In this document: positions 22,885 to 35,149 of the stretch, piece after piece
How the letters are laid out: every line of letters starts with the position of its first letter
Position numbering within the stretch: position 1 is the stretch's first letter
Assembly: GCA_964036045.1 (NCBI GenBank)
Contig: OZ038379.1
Span: forward strand, 74,958,001 to 75,022,000
Source: Eutreptiella sp. 'Long Island Sound 2002'
Lineage: Eukaryota; Protista; Euglenida
Reading direction: 5' to 3'
DNA length: 64,000 bases
Position numbers and translations under genes: made by a program
The notes under the pieces: model-generated
What the model was told of the DNA's origin: nothing
Databases searched by the model: none
What the model saw: the letters and a program-made list of their open reading frames with translations, nothing else

Positions 22885-23574
22885 TCACTGTCGTCGTTTG
22901 TTCCCCAAACGCGTTCCTTTTTGAGGTTGCTGCTGTGGCTGGGCTGCTGGCGCAGTCCCACCACTCACCAAATTCGCAAAGTTCTCCAATCCCTCTGGTG
23001 ACGGTGACTGTCCTTTCGGCTCAAACTGTGGATGCGTATTGCCTTTGTGTGGCGTGACCAAGTACTGACTCTGCTGTTGCGTCCGCTCCTCATCATCCTG
23101 CGCCGCTGGAGCCTCAACAGAGGGAGATCGAGCCCTTTTGGTAGGCGTTGCTTGGGGTTCGGCACTGCCACCTGCATCGACACCGGGGGGATTGCTGGCA
23201 GTCCCTTTCTTGGGCTTTGGCTTAGATGCCTTCGGCTTTGGGGTTCCCTTGGGCTTGGCATCCACATTCACATCCGGCATACTATCCATGCAGTCCTGTT
23301 CATCAGGGTCATCAGGTACATAAGCCATTCCAGTCCTGTCGACAGGCACACCCTTGTCCAGTTGTGGCAACACAAACTCCCAGTAGATTGGGGCCAGAGA
23401 GTCAGCCTCTCTTAAAGTACCAATTGTGAGCTCAATAGTTTCCTTTGGTAGTTCGTCAACCGCAGCTTTGAGGAAACCAAATACAACCAAAATTTCCGAC
23501 TTGAGACGAATGTGCAGCTGAACACCCAGATTTGGGGAGGAGGAAGTCACCAGCACCCAGTTTGTAAGATTCAT
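22885..23574 (-). CDS. 229-aa ORF inside the TIR element (Lys/Pro-rich, probably disordered); possibly the frameshifted transposase C-terminus
   Basis: Uninterrupted ORF within the element, with basic PKGTPKPKASKPKPKK and acidic PDDPDEQD segments. No recognisable domain. Confidence 0.35.
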   Translation of the reverse strand: MNLTNWVLVTSSSPNLGVQLHIRLKSEILVVFGFLKAAVDELPKETIELTIGTLREADSLAPIYWEFVLPQLDKGVPVDRTGMAYVPDDPDEQDCMDSMPDVNVDAKPKGTPKPKASKPKPKKGTASNPPGVDAGGSAEPQATPTKRARSPSVEAPAAQDDEERTQQQSQYLVTPHKGNTHPQFEPKGQSPSPEGLENFANLVSGGTAPAAQPQQQPQKGTRLGNKRRQ

Positions 23575-24733
23575 AGTGCCGCCACAGCAAATGCATCAAG
23601 TTTTGCCCGAACTCTTGGTAGGTAAGTGCCAGCATTCACACAAAGCGCCAATATTGTCTTCTCCACATTCTCCATATCTTCACCTTTGTTGGTACTGCGC
23701 CCCCTTCCTTGAAATCGGTGTGTACTCTCTCGATCAGACAGATAATGGGCATAAAGTTGCGGTAAGGCAGAGTGATCATATGCTTGTACGGGTGCCAAAC
23801 CCCCTAGATGAGGGGGAGGCTTGACCAGTGCAACTGGAAGTTCCATGAAGTGTAACTCTGCCCATACAGGTATTTCAAGAGCTCATAGTGAATCTTCATA
23901 TCCACGCACAGAGGTCAATCATGACGGGTTGCCTGCTGCACATGTCGAATTGCATTTAAAAGTTTCAAGTGATCTAGTTTGGTTCCACACCGTAGTTGAG
24001 ACTGCATCATTGGTTGCCAACGGAGAGATAGCACATTCTGCCGCACAATGCCCAGGGGGACTCTAACAAAGGTACGCTGAATCATGTCAGGAAGAGCATA
24101 AACCCGCCGAAACAGATCCGCATGACGAAGTTGTAAAGCATCAACTCGTGCCCCAATTGTCTGGACGGCATGAATTAGTGAGACATGACCCGGAAATGGT
24201 GGTAGGGCTGGCAAATGTAACACGGCCACAGCTGTGCAATTTATGGAGTGGTCAGGATGCAGCGGGTCCACCCCATAATTCTTTTTCACCCGGTTGTCAT
24301 ACCGGAGCGCCATCTGGTGGTTTTGCATGCTTTGCCAAAGCCAAGTTGCTTGTTGTCGTGCATTGGCAGTAAGTGAGGGCATAGCTGCATGCACAAGTCC
24401 TGTGGGAGCCAACAATCGGCGTGTCCCCCGGCTCAATGAAATAGGCATTGGTACATCCTGGGACTGTGCATGAGGGGCTGCCATCTTTCTCAGAAATCGC
24501 CACAAGCGTATCAATTGATTTGAGAAAACAGTGTACCAACGGGGCTTCTTCCGTATTCCATGGGCAAACAGCAACCGCGTAAGATCCTTCCGTGAGTGTC
24601 GATTTGTTCGCATTGCCAGAGCCCAGACAGCCAATGACCTTGCAAAGCCCCCATTGGCAACATCCGTCATGAGGTCATCAATGTTCTGAAACTCACGACT
24701 TGCCACAACCACCCTTAGCAGTGCCGGATCCAT
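23460..24733 (-). pseudogene. Transposase pseudogene, Academ/DUF6589-like (putative DDE fold)
   Basis: The frame of ORF 24733-23915 continues through stops at 23915-23917, 23804-23806 and 23636-23638. It gives ...ALRYDNRVKK...SINCTAVAVL...HD*PLCVDMKIHYELLK...PLI*GVWHPYKHM..., i.e. xDN, a second Asp and a GxW/FH motif in the order expected for Academ-type transposases. The third acidic residue was not identified. Confidence 0.55.
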
Positions 24734-26199
24734 GTCCTGTGGTCACCTCACAGCAAATACTCACATATTTACCTCAGAACAGGGAACATATTGCATACCA
24801 AGATTGTCAGAATGTTCATAAAATTCATCAAAGGCACGAATTTCGGTACAAATCAAATGAAATTAACACACACAAATACAAATACACAATAAGGGCATCA
24901 ATTCATCAAACAATGAAGGAGTGGCGAAATTTCGCGTCGCATGAGTGAAAAAATGCATGAAAAAAGGGTATGATATCGGCCAATTTCAAAGGAGTGGCGA
25001 AAGTTCGCTTCATTTTTGGAATGTGGCTGATTTGGGGGTTGAAATTGACTATTCCGAATTGGAACATTGGTATGGTTCAAAAAATGGCTTTTAAAACACA
25101 AATTGAAACAGTGACTCGCCCCCCCCTGCATTCCATACCCTAAAAAAACACCCCAGTTCGGGGTAACAAATTCAACTTCTTGAGGGTCACCACGGCGGGC
25201 AATTAAGGCCTCCTAAGTACATCTACAGCTTTGTTTGCAGTTCAACCATGGCCGATGCGGATTCCCATCGATGCCTAGCCTCTTTGAGTCCACCTCCGCA
25301 TCATCCCTCCCCCCTGGGGGGTGGGGGGCGCATACTCCTCCTCTCCCAAACAACGTGCGGTGTCGCGCACCCCGCACCACAGGCGCCAATTGAGGGTGTC
25401 CCTTGTGGTGCCGCGAGCAACAATGCCGCAGTCCCCTTGCCCCCGGCATGAGTTGCACGCGGGAGCTTTGTGCACGATGCACAGAGTCTGCATGGGGCAT
25501 CGCAGCCCCAGCCTCCTCGATCCCACTTGCTGCGCCTTGGGGGCCGGGGGGGGGTCATCACCGGTGGCCTTTTGAAGCTCGCTGTCTCCTCCGTTGCCGC
25601 CTCTTGCAGCGGCGGGGGTACGAGTGAGGGAGGTGGTGGGGGAAAGTTAGGGAAGCCCCCTGGCGCTTGCCGTGTGGCCGCCAAGTCCACCGAAATGCGG
25701 CTAAAACCCGCCATTGTGGAGGGGGGCAAGGGCGGGGTGGCGGATCCCTTCCCCGTAATTTTCCGTAGGAGCTCAGCTCCCCAACCCATTTACGCATGCC
25801 CCCGCCGAGGGTAGGGGGGGGAGGGGCGCCCTGCAATTGTCCGTCCACCCCCAGCAATCCGCAACCGCTCAGCCCGCTCAACCCGCAACCGCTGTGCGTC
25901 CTCTCCCGGGAGCTGGGGGGGGGGGGTGGACCCGGGCCGTGGCGCACACGGTGAGCACCTGCACCCGCGCAATGCCAGCGCGTGGCGTGCCACACGCTCC
26001 GGCGTTGATGACAGCCCGCGTACCCGCTTGCCTAGCAGCCCCGGTAGCCGGTGATAGGGCCGTGCTCTCGGCGGCTCGTCAGCCGTGTTGCCGCCTACCG
26101 GCGCTTGCGCTCGAGCGAGCATGTACCAATGCCGCTGCGGCGGCGGCTGCGCCAAGATCAGTGGTTCGGCCTCCTTGCGGGCTGGTGCTGCTCCGGTGC

Positions 26200-29100
26200 T
26201 CCGGTGCCTCCGGCGGCCAGACATCCCCCCTTACCCCTGATAGGGGGGGCTGCAACAACACCCATAAGGCACGTGCCGACACCCGCACTTAAGGCGCGCA
26301 CCGGGGGTGCCCTTCGTGGCAGCAATGCAGCGCGCCCCGCTGTCTGCAAGCCAAGCACCATGGGGCTTGGTGCCGGGCAGAGTGCGCCGCGCCAAGTTGC
26401 ACTGCGGCTCCTTCCTAAGGGGCCGCGCTCTCCTTTCGCGGCGGCGCCTTGCCACGTGCTTGCAGGGTAGGTGACCGTAGGGGCGCAACAGCGGCATGAC
26501 CCGGCCGGCCGGCGGGAAGTACTCCAGCAAGATGTATTCGTGCCCACCCCTCCACTAGGCGCTGGGTCCACAACCTACTTTGCCATCCACACCTCTTATC
26601 CCTAGAGGAGAGTGCCTGTCTACATGTGGGGCTGCAGCCGGTCCAAGGCTTGCCTCAATAGGTGACTCCTCATGCGTAGGGGAAGTGTGACCCCACGCAG
26701 TCGGTGGTCCCCGCGCGCCAATAGCGCTTTGCCCATGTGAACCTCAAAGTCCAAGGCCAATTTCACGTACGAGACGTGCCCCCCCACGTGAGGCTCACCG
26801 CCTAGCGTAGAGTGGCCGCCATGAAGGGGGGCTTCCACGGCCATCCGGGCGGCGTCTTGACGCGGGGCACAAGCAGCGGCAGTAGCGCCCTAGGCAACGG
26901 CCCATCTCCGAGCTGCAATCACGGATAGCGTCAGCGCGCATCCGGCGGACGTGTATGCGAAGACCGAGGGGCTCGCGCCAACGTCCCGACGTGCCGCGAC
27001 TTTTGCATGCACGCCGAGAGCAACGTTGGATACATGCCGTACAAGAGGTACATCACCCAGCAGGCTTAGTCTAGGTCCGAAGGGGTGACCAAAGCCGCTG
27101 GCAAGAGACCCGTAGCCTAGAGGTACACTAGCCATGGGGATGGCAGCTTTAGCATGGGGAGGTGTGCTACCTGTGCTAGCACTAGCGGTAGCCATGGCGC
27201 CCGCTGTGCCTGTAAGCACGGGCAGCCCTAGAGTTGATGCACCTCTTTTACGGGGGTCTTGCACGCTACGAGCAAGTGCCCCGGACCACGATGCTATGAA
27301 CCCGTGCGCACTCACCCATCCGCGCCGCGCACCCACATCAGGTCTAGCTCCTCGGCCTGCCCCTTTATTTGCCATATCCACGAGCTATGCCGGGGTTTGA
27401 AGCATAAGTGCTGTACCGCTTGCATGGAGCGCCCCACGGGCCCCGTCTTGGGCGGCCAGGGTGTCTCCTCTAGGACCGCCCGCAGCAGCACCTACCCGGG
27501 TCCTAGCGTGCGCGCTAGTTGCGCAAGCCACAACATGCGTGCATACCACGGGCGCCTTACCAACAAGACGCGCTTTCCGAAGACTAGCACTGGCTAGAGT
27601 ACTTCCCTTGCCTGCGAGATCCGCGTGGGACCCCACAGTGCCCGCAAAGCCGTCTGCTCGAGAGCATGATATCATTCTCCCCCAGCGTGGCCAGCTCCAC
27701 AGCGTACAGGGCGTTGGCTAGGGCCAAAATACCGATGGGCCCCTCCCGCATGTGGAAGGTGGGCAAGCATCCCACTCGCCGCAGGATGGCCCGTCCCCGC
27801 TCAAATCATGCCTACAATATCGCATTTGTCCCATGCTCGGCATCGAGACGGATTTCCACTGCTATGTGTTGGGGCTCATGCGCCAGCGGAACGGGTGCAT
27901 CTTGCAAGGCACCGATCGCCGAGAAGTCCAAACAAGTTGGACTTGCTGGTGTGGGTGCCATAGCCAGTATGTGCAAGCCAAACTACGTGGGATCCACGAC
28001 CGCTTGGGCGTCACTGTGCCTGCCCCCCCCCCTTTGGCTCCGGGGTGAGGGTTTGGGTGTCGTCTGCGCAACCTAGCGGGCACACATCCTCAGTGCCCGG
28101 GCCTTGCTCCTTCAACCGCCGGGGGGGGGGGGGGCAGTGCCCTTGGTGCCGCCGCCATGTATTTGCGGAGTGGTGGTGTTATGATGACTACATGCCGCCG
28201 CATCCCATCAGTCTACATCTTCCAGATTGTGGTCGGGGGATTCACCAGGATGACCCTACGTGGGCAAGCCTGCAAGATGTTGTCAGTGGCCTGCCACCAC
28301 CTACCCAAGGCCATTGCAATGCGGAATGCCCGGCGGAGCTGGGGGTATATGGCCGGGAGGGCGCACAACACCCCTACGGCCATGCAACCATGCCCATCTT
28401 GTGGGCGATCTTCAAGAGCAGAGCTTGGGGATGAGGTCAAAGCACGTGACATAGTCAAGGCTCAAACCCGCCACTTGCTCGTCCTTGAGGCCACCTGAAG
28501 GAGGAGTCGGGTCACTGTGGCCGCGTCCACGGCTCCCGCGCAAAGTAGAAACTGTGGGCCCAAGTCTCTTGCCACCGCATGACCTCCTACAACGTGGTTC
28601 TTGCCCACAATCAATGGACCATGGACACAACCGCTAGCGGGCGTGTGCCTAGGGGTCCCTCTCCCTCGGGTTGGGGATGAGGGAGATGGTCCCATGTAAG
28701 GGCCGCTGGCCCCTACCCATGCGCCTCGACCAACGTGTAGTGGGCAAGGCAGTCGAGGACTTGATGCTGGAGTGCTCGCAAGTTTCGCAAGCTCCATCCG
28801 TTGAGGCCCATAGCCGACCCCCGTTGAGGCCCCATGGCCCTCAGGCGGCGCCGTAGGTAGTCCCCTACTAGTGAGTTGGCCACTATGGGTAGCCGGTGTA
28901 GCAAGTGTAGCACCTTCATGCCCGAACTTGGCCATGAAGGCCTGCGGGGAGGGGTGGGAGGCTGTGCAAACTTGCGATTGATGGGCCACCATAGGCATCC
29001 CGTGACAGCTCCTCCAATTCCTAGACGTTGACTATGAACGACCTATCTGAACGTACCATGAACAACACTGCCGGCGGGAAGCCTTCCTCCTTCGGCCATC

Positions 29101-30080
29101 GGTACACAGCCCCCGGCTATGTCGCCCCCTCCTCTAGCAGCCACGCCCTCCACGTAGCGACCCAGTCACTCTTCTCGTGCTAGAGGCAAACCACCGCCGG
29201 CCGGTTGAGGTGCAACAAACACTCATCTAGCTCCGTGGTCCCCGGAACAGATGCGCCTGCCCGCGCCACACCCGTGCCACACGCGCAAGCCCCTGAGGAA
29301 CCCGTGCAGCACCGGCAACCAAACAGTGTGCAGCCTTTGTAGTGGTAGTCTCAAGGAGGTGCACGTGCCCGTTGTGCCCCTAGACGCCCCTTGTCACGGT
29401 AATGCAGGAGGGCACAGTAGCAGCAGGAAGGATCAAACGGCGCCCCGCGCCTCGTGCACCAAGGCCAGCACGGATGTCTTGGGCTTGCAGGCGGAGCGGC
29501 CCTGCCGCAGGCACTTCCGGACCTCCTTCAGCACTGCCCCGTGCATGTGCCACGTTGGGGGATCGGGTTCCTACGGTTGCAGGGTGGGGGACGTTCCCGC
29601 GAGGAGAGACCCCTCGGAGGCCTAGGTCCACACCGCCCAAAGGGAGTCCACTTCCCCTCCTTACCGCATGTGCTCCGACTTGGGCTAGAGGGGCGCCCTC
29701 GTATTCGTAGTCGTAGCGGGCCCTCCCTCCGTCGGGGCGCAGTCATATTGCCTTGATGAGGCACCGCAGTGCCGCCTCCATTGACACCATGAATAGCACC
29801 GGGAGATACCCCGGTTTCCCGTGTCCCGGAGTGCCGCCATCGCGTCACCATGCCTGCAACCCACGGGTGTGCCAGGTATCCATTGCGGTGGGTGCCTAGG
29901 TGCGCACTGTGGAGGTCGTACGAGCAGTAGCCCCACGTTGGACCTCGCGCAACCGTGGTGTCCATGTCAACGAGACAGTGCGTTACAAGGTACCTGAGCA
30001 CTGTCAGCGGGGCCCGCCACAGATCCCAAAGCAAGAGCTGAAAATCGCCGCCGAAGAGGGACGGCTAGTTCCCCCGTAGC
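26200..30080 (-). mobile_element. Decayed non-LTR retrotransposon (APE endonuclease + RT)
   Basis: Minus strand gives LFGGDFQ (APE GDFN-like, 30041-30052) and GPT...GTHRNGYLAHP..AGMVT. It then gives RT motif A AGLSLDYVTCFDLIP (~28428-28470), motif B WWQATDNILQACP (~28261-28300) and motif C PLGCADDTQ (28059-28070). The 3' boundary is uncertain. Confidence 0.8.
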
Positions 30081-30784
30081 GCCATGTACTACACGATTGA
30101 ATGCCATAACTCAGCATTCAACGCCAAGTTTCCCTATGCACTCCCCAGAGACCTACGTTAAAACCAATATGGTTATTTTCAAGTTTTCAATATATGAATA
30201 CTCTTAGAAATTATCACACCAAAAATTAACGCGTTAACGCACTTTCGGCTCATTTGCACGGATGTGTTTGTGCGTGCATTGCGCCCCCTTCAAGTGTTTG
30301 GGATGTCAAAGAGTGCCCAACAACATACTACAAGGGTTGTTTTGTGCATGCGTTGTGTGTGAGTGTGTTGACACGGTTGGGGTGCGGGTGCGGGGCACCA
30401 CGACTTGGAGGCTTCTAACAAGGCTGTTGTGGTCAGCCTAGGAGCTCCTGAGGGACCGCCTCCCATTGTTCCCGTTGGTGCAAGCTTACGTCCTCCAACG
30501 CTCGCGCCATGGCGCTTTGCGTGCCCTGTTGGGCCTTCGGCAGCGTGGCACGCACCTTGGCGTGGGAATGTGCACCCGCCCCAGCTCTTGCGAACCTGCA
30601 GCCGAGGCCTATCCCTCTCCTAGGCGCCGGGCGGCTGTTGCGCTAGGCTGCCGTGGGGACAACCCGCCGCACTTCCGAATGGTGCTTATGAAGGTCTCGC
30701 TAGGCGCAAGCCTTGCCGCCTCCATGCCGGGGTTGAGCTATGACAGGGACGGTACTCGGGCAGACGAGATCCTTCCAATGCCTG

Positions 30785-33200
30785 CCACATTGCGCACCGC
30801 GCCGTGGGACTCATTGGGCCTCATTGAGATCTTGGCCGCCGTGCGGGAGCACATGAGGGCCTTATTGTACTCATGGCCCTTCTGCATGAGCGCACTGGGG
30901 CCTCGTTGAAACCCTGGCCCTTGTGCGGGATCTTTCTAATGCCTCTGTGAACTCCTCGCCCCTGTACGGGAGCGGACTGCAGCCTCGTTGCACTCCTGTC
31001 AACCCGCTAGGGCTTCATTGTACCCGTGGCTCCTATGCCGGTTCGCACTGGGGCGGTATTGAATTCCTGTGCCGCGTGCGGGTTGGCACTGGGGCCTTAT
31101 TGAACTCATGGCCTCTGTGCAGGAGCATACTAGGGCTGGATTGAAATCATGGCCCCTATGTGTGAGCGCACTGGGGCCTCATTTACCTCTTGACCCTTGC
31201 TTGGGAGCGCAATGGGGCCTCATTGACCTCATCGCCCGTGTGCGCGACCACGTCGGGGCGTGATTGAACCCCTGGCCCATGCGTGGGAGTGCATTGGGGC
31301 CTCATTGAACTCTTGGCCCTTGCCGGGGAGCAGTGGGTAGCGGCAGTCCTGTGCATTGCCCCGTTGAGGGGGGGCAGTGGGCAGTGAAAGCCGTGATGTG
31401 CAGTGCCTCCTTGCTGGGCAGCGGTGGGCAGTGAGATTTCTTCAGTACACTGCTCCACTGTTGGGGGGCAGTGGGCAGTGGGACTCCTTCAGTGCATCGC
31501 CACACCGCTAATGAGCACACTGGAGCCTCTTTGAAGTCATGGCTCGTGTGCAGGACCGTATTGGGGGCCGTGTGTACTAATGCCCCTTGTGCATGATCAC
31601 ATTGGGGCCCCTGTGAATTCATGGCCCCTCTCCGGGAGCGCCTAATTGAAATTATGGCCCCCGTGTGTGGGCGCACTGGGGCCTCATTGAAACGCTGGTC
31701 CCCGTGCGAGAGCGCACTGCGGCCTCCTTGTAATTATGGCCCCTGTGCAAGACCGCAACGGGGCCTTAGTGAAATCTTGGCCCCTGTGCGGGAGCGCACT
31801 ATGGCTTCCTTGAAGTCACGGCCCCTATGCGAGACCGCAGTGGGGCCTCGTTGAAGCCATGGCTCTTATGCGAGACCGCACTCGGGGCCGTTTGTACTTA
31901 CGGCCCCTAAGCGGGGTCACACTGGGACCTCTTTGCAGTCATGGGTCCTATGCAGAAGCACACTGGGGCCTCATTGAAATCTTGGCTCCTACGCGGGATC
32001 GCACTGGGGCTTCTGTGAAATCATGGCCCCTGTGCAAAATTGTACTGGGACCTCTTGTAAAGTGTGGCCCCCGTGTGTGAGTGCACTAGGGCCTCATTGA
32101 AATACTGGCCCATGTGTGGGATCACATTGGGGCCTCTTTGAAATCATGGCTCCTCTGCAGGAGCGCACTAGGGCCTCACTGAAATCATGGCCCCCGTGTC
32201 TCAGCTCACTGGCTCTCGTTGAAGACATGGCCCCCGTGTGTGAGCGCACTGGCGCCTCATAGAAATCCAGGCCCTGGTGTGGGATCACACGAGGGCCTCT
32301 TTGAAATCATGGCCCCTCGGTAGGAGCGCACTAGGGCCTCTTTGAAATCACGGCCCCTTTGCGGGAGCAAACTAGGGTTGCGTTGCAGACATGGCCCCTA
32401 TGTGTGAGCGCAATGGGGCCTCGTTGAAATCTTGGCCCCTGTGCGTGAGGGCACTAGGGCCTCTTTGTACTTATGGCCCTTGTGTGGGACCGTAGTGGGC
32501 CCGCTTGGAAATCATGGCTGGGGGCTCATTGAAATCTTGGCCCCTGTCCGGGGTCGCATTGGAGCCCCTTGGAACTCATGGCCCCTATGCGGCAGCGCAG
32601 CGGGGCCTCATAGAAGCCATGGGTCTTATGCGCGAGCGCAATGGGACCCTTTGTACTTATGGCTCTTGTGCGGGATCGCGCCAGGGCCTCACAGAAATCA
32701 TGGCCCCCGTGACAGAGCGCAAAACCGCTTCATTGAACTCCTGCCATCTGTGCGGGAGGGCACTAGGGCCTCTTTGTACGTATGGCCCCCATGCAGAATT
32801 GCATTGGGACGTCATGGACCTTATGGCCCCTGTGGGGGAGCGCATTGGGACTTCTCTGAGGTCCTCGCCCCTGTGTGGGATTGCACTAGGGCCTCATTGA
32901 CGTCCTAGCCCGTGTGCGGGATCGCAGTGGGTTCTCATAGATCTCATGTCCCTTTGTATGAGCGCATTGGGTCTGGATTGTCATCTTGGCCCTTGTGCGG
33001 GATCACAGTGGGGCCTCTTTGATGTCATGGCCTCTACATGGGAGGGCATTGGGGCCTCATTGAACTCCTAGCCCTTGTGTGAGTGCACCGGGGCCCCTTT
33101 AAAATCATGGCCCCTATGTGGGGCCGCACTAGAGCCTATTTGAATTCATGACCCCTGCGCGGGAGATCACTGGGGCGTCATTGAACTCATGGCCCTTGGG
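30785..33200. repeat. 41-bp satellite, ~55-60 diverged copies
   Basis: Consensus ggggcctcattgaaatcatggcccctgtgcgggagcgcact. The landmark gcgcact occurs at 31671, 31712 and 31794 (41-bp multiples). Confidence 0.9.
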
Positions 33201-33204
33201 GGGA

Positions 33205-34260
33205 TGGGGAGTCCAGCCCAGCTAGTGGTCGCAGCTCACGGTTCGCCTCTGGGGTATGGCCTCCCCAAATAGCGAAGGCTCATAGGATAGGCGGACACAG
33301 AGTCCAGCCTAGACGGTGGTCGCAGCTCACGGTGCGCCTCAAGGGGATGGCCGCCCCTTATGGCGCAAGGTCAAAGGCCGGGGGGGGGGGAGGCCAGCCC
33401 GGCCAGTGCTTGCACCTCAAGGTGCACCGGTGGGGCATGGCTGCCACTAATGGCGCAGGCTCACAGTCTGGGGGGACGGGGAGTCCAGCCCAGCCAAAGG
33501 TCACAGCTCACGGTCCGTCCGTGGGGTATGGCTGCCCAAAATGGCGCAAGGTGATAGGCTTGGGGGGGGGGGGGGGGGTCAAGCCCAGGTGGCCGTTGGA
33601 CGCAGCTCGCGGTGCGCCTGAAGGGGACGGCGGCCCCTTATGGCGAGGGCTCACATGCCGGGGGGCTGGGGAGGGCTCACATGCCGGGGGGGTGGCGGGG
33701 CCGTACATTGCTCCTGAAGGGCAATGTAGCTCGTGATGGCGCGGGCTCACCAGCATGGGGGGCGCGGAGTCTACCCTAGCTAGTGGTCGCAGGCTACGGT
33801 GCACCTCAAGGAGATGGCTGCCCTTGATGGCGCGGGCTCGCAGGCTGTGGGAACGGGGAGTCTAGCCAAGTTGGTGGTTGCAGCTCACGGTGCGCCTGTG
33901 ACAGTGGGAAGGATCTGTCTGTGATGGCGCGGGCTCATAGGTTGGGGGGACGGGGAGTCGGGCCTAGCCGGTGGTTGCAGCCTATGGTGGGCCTGTGGTG
34001 GATGGTTCCACTTGATGGCGCGGGCTCATAGGCGGGGGGGACGAGGAATCCAGCCTAGCCGGTGGTCACATGTCACGGTGCGCTTGTTGGGGATGGGACC
34101 ATGGGATGGGGCGGTCTCAGACGCAGGGGGACGGGGTGTCTAGCATAGCCAGTGGTCGCAGCTAACCGTGAACCTGTGGATGATGGCAGCCCCTAATTGG
34201 AAAGATTCACAGGCTCGAGGGACCAGGAGTCCAGCCCTGTTGATGGTCGGAGCTCACGAT
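33205..34260. repeat. ~91-bp GC-rich tandem repeat, ~12 copies
   Basis: The landmark gagtccagcc...gtggtcgcagctcacgg occurs at ~33209, 33300, 33391 and 33481. Confidence 0.85.
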
Positions 34261-35149
34261 GCACCCTGCCACCCCCATGGTGCAGCTCTTGAAAGCACGG
34301 GGCGCGCGATGGGGAACGTGAGGGGTCCCCACACGCACACCCCAAGACCCGACTCACCATGTGCAACGCGAGGCTTGATTCCTTGCCCAATGAACGGGTA
34401 GCGAGGGGGAGGGTGACTGGCGGCGTCCACGCGGCCTCATCATGCCCAGCAACGCACCACCCGGGTGCCCTTATGCCACCGCCATGGTGTACAACGTCCA
34501 ACAGAACGGAGCACACTCTATGGGGACTTGATGGCCCCCCACGCCCGCATGCCCCGCGCCCACTATCCATCGGCAACGTGAGCCCTGACTGCTCGCCCAC
34601 TCGACGGGCAACCACGAGAACGTGTGTGCCCGTGTCCAGGCACCCCTCACAAGGATAGGACACACTCTCGCGTGTACCCTCTTGCTACCCCCACCGTGTG
34701 CAACGTTCCGAAGGACCTAGGGCGCAGCGGGAGACGCAACGGGTGCTCATGCTCGCACATGTTGTGCCCACCAACCGCCGGCAACGCAACGCGAGCCCTC
34801 ACTGCCCACCCAGCGGACGGGCAACCGGCGAGCGGCGAGTGCCTATGTCCAGGCGCCCCTCATCAAGGCAGCAAACGCCCCCCACCACAGTCCTTTCTGC
34901 CAGCCCTACCGCGCGCAGCGTCGTGAGTGACGGAGCACGCGATGGGAGACGTGTCGAGCCCCCCGTGCCCGCACGCCACGTGCCCACTGAACAGAAGCAA
35001 GGCGGGCTTTGAGCACTCGCCTCGTACTCACGCAGCTAGGGCAGGGTAAATGCCTTGGGAGGCGCGAGACAACCCCCCGCCCCCCGCTACCAGTCTGCCA
35101 TACCCGTGGTGAGCAACGTTCCGAAGGTAGCAGTACACGATGGGGGGGG

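Larger units (their letters stand above)
22224..25217 (-). mobile_element. TIR DNA transposon, 2994 bp, with perfect 21-bp TIRs and 5-bp TSD
   Basis: cttaggaggccttaattgccc (22224-22244) and gggcaattaaggcctcctaag (25197-25217), flanked by tacat at 22219-22223 and 25218-25222. Confidence 0.9.

Noticed and set aside
28045-28434. Plus-strand ORF with CPWCRRH resembling a LINE zinc knuckle
   Set aside because: It is antisense to clear RT motifs A-C on the minus strand, so it is coincidental.
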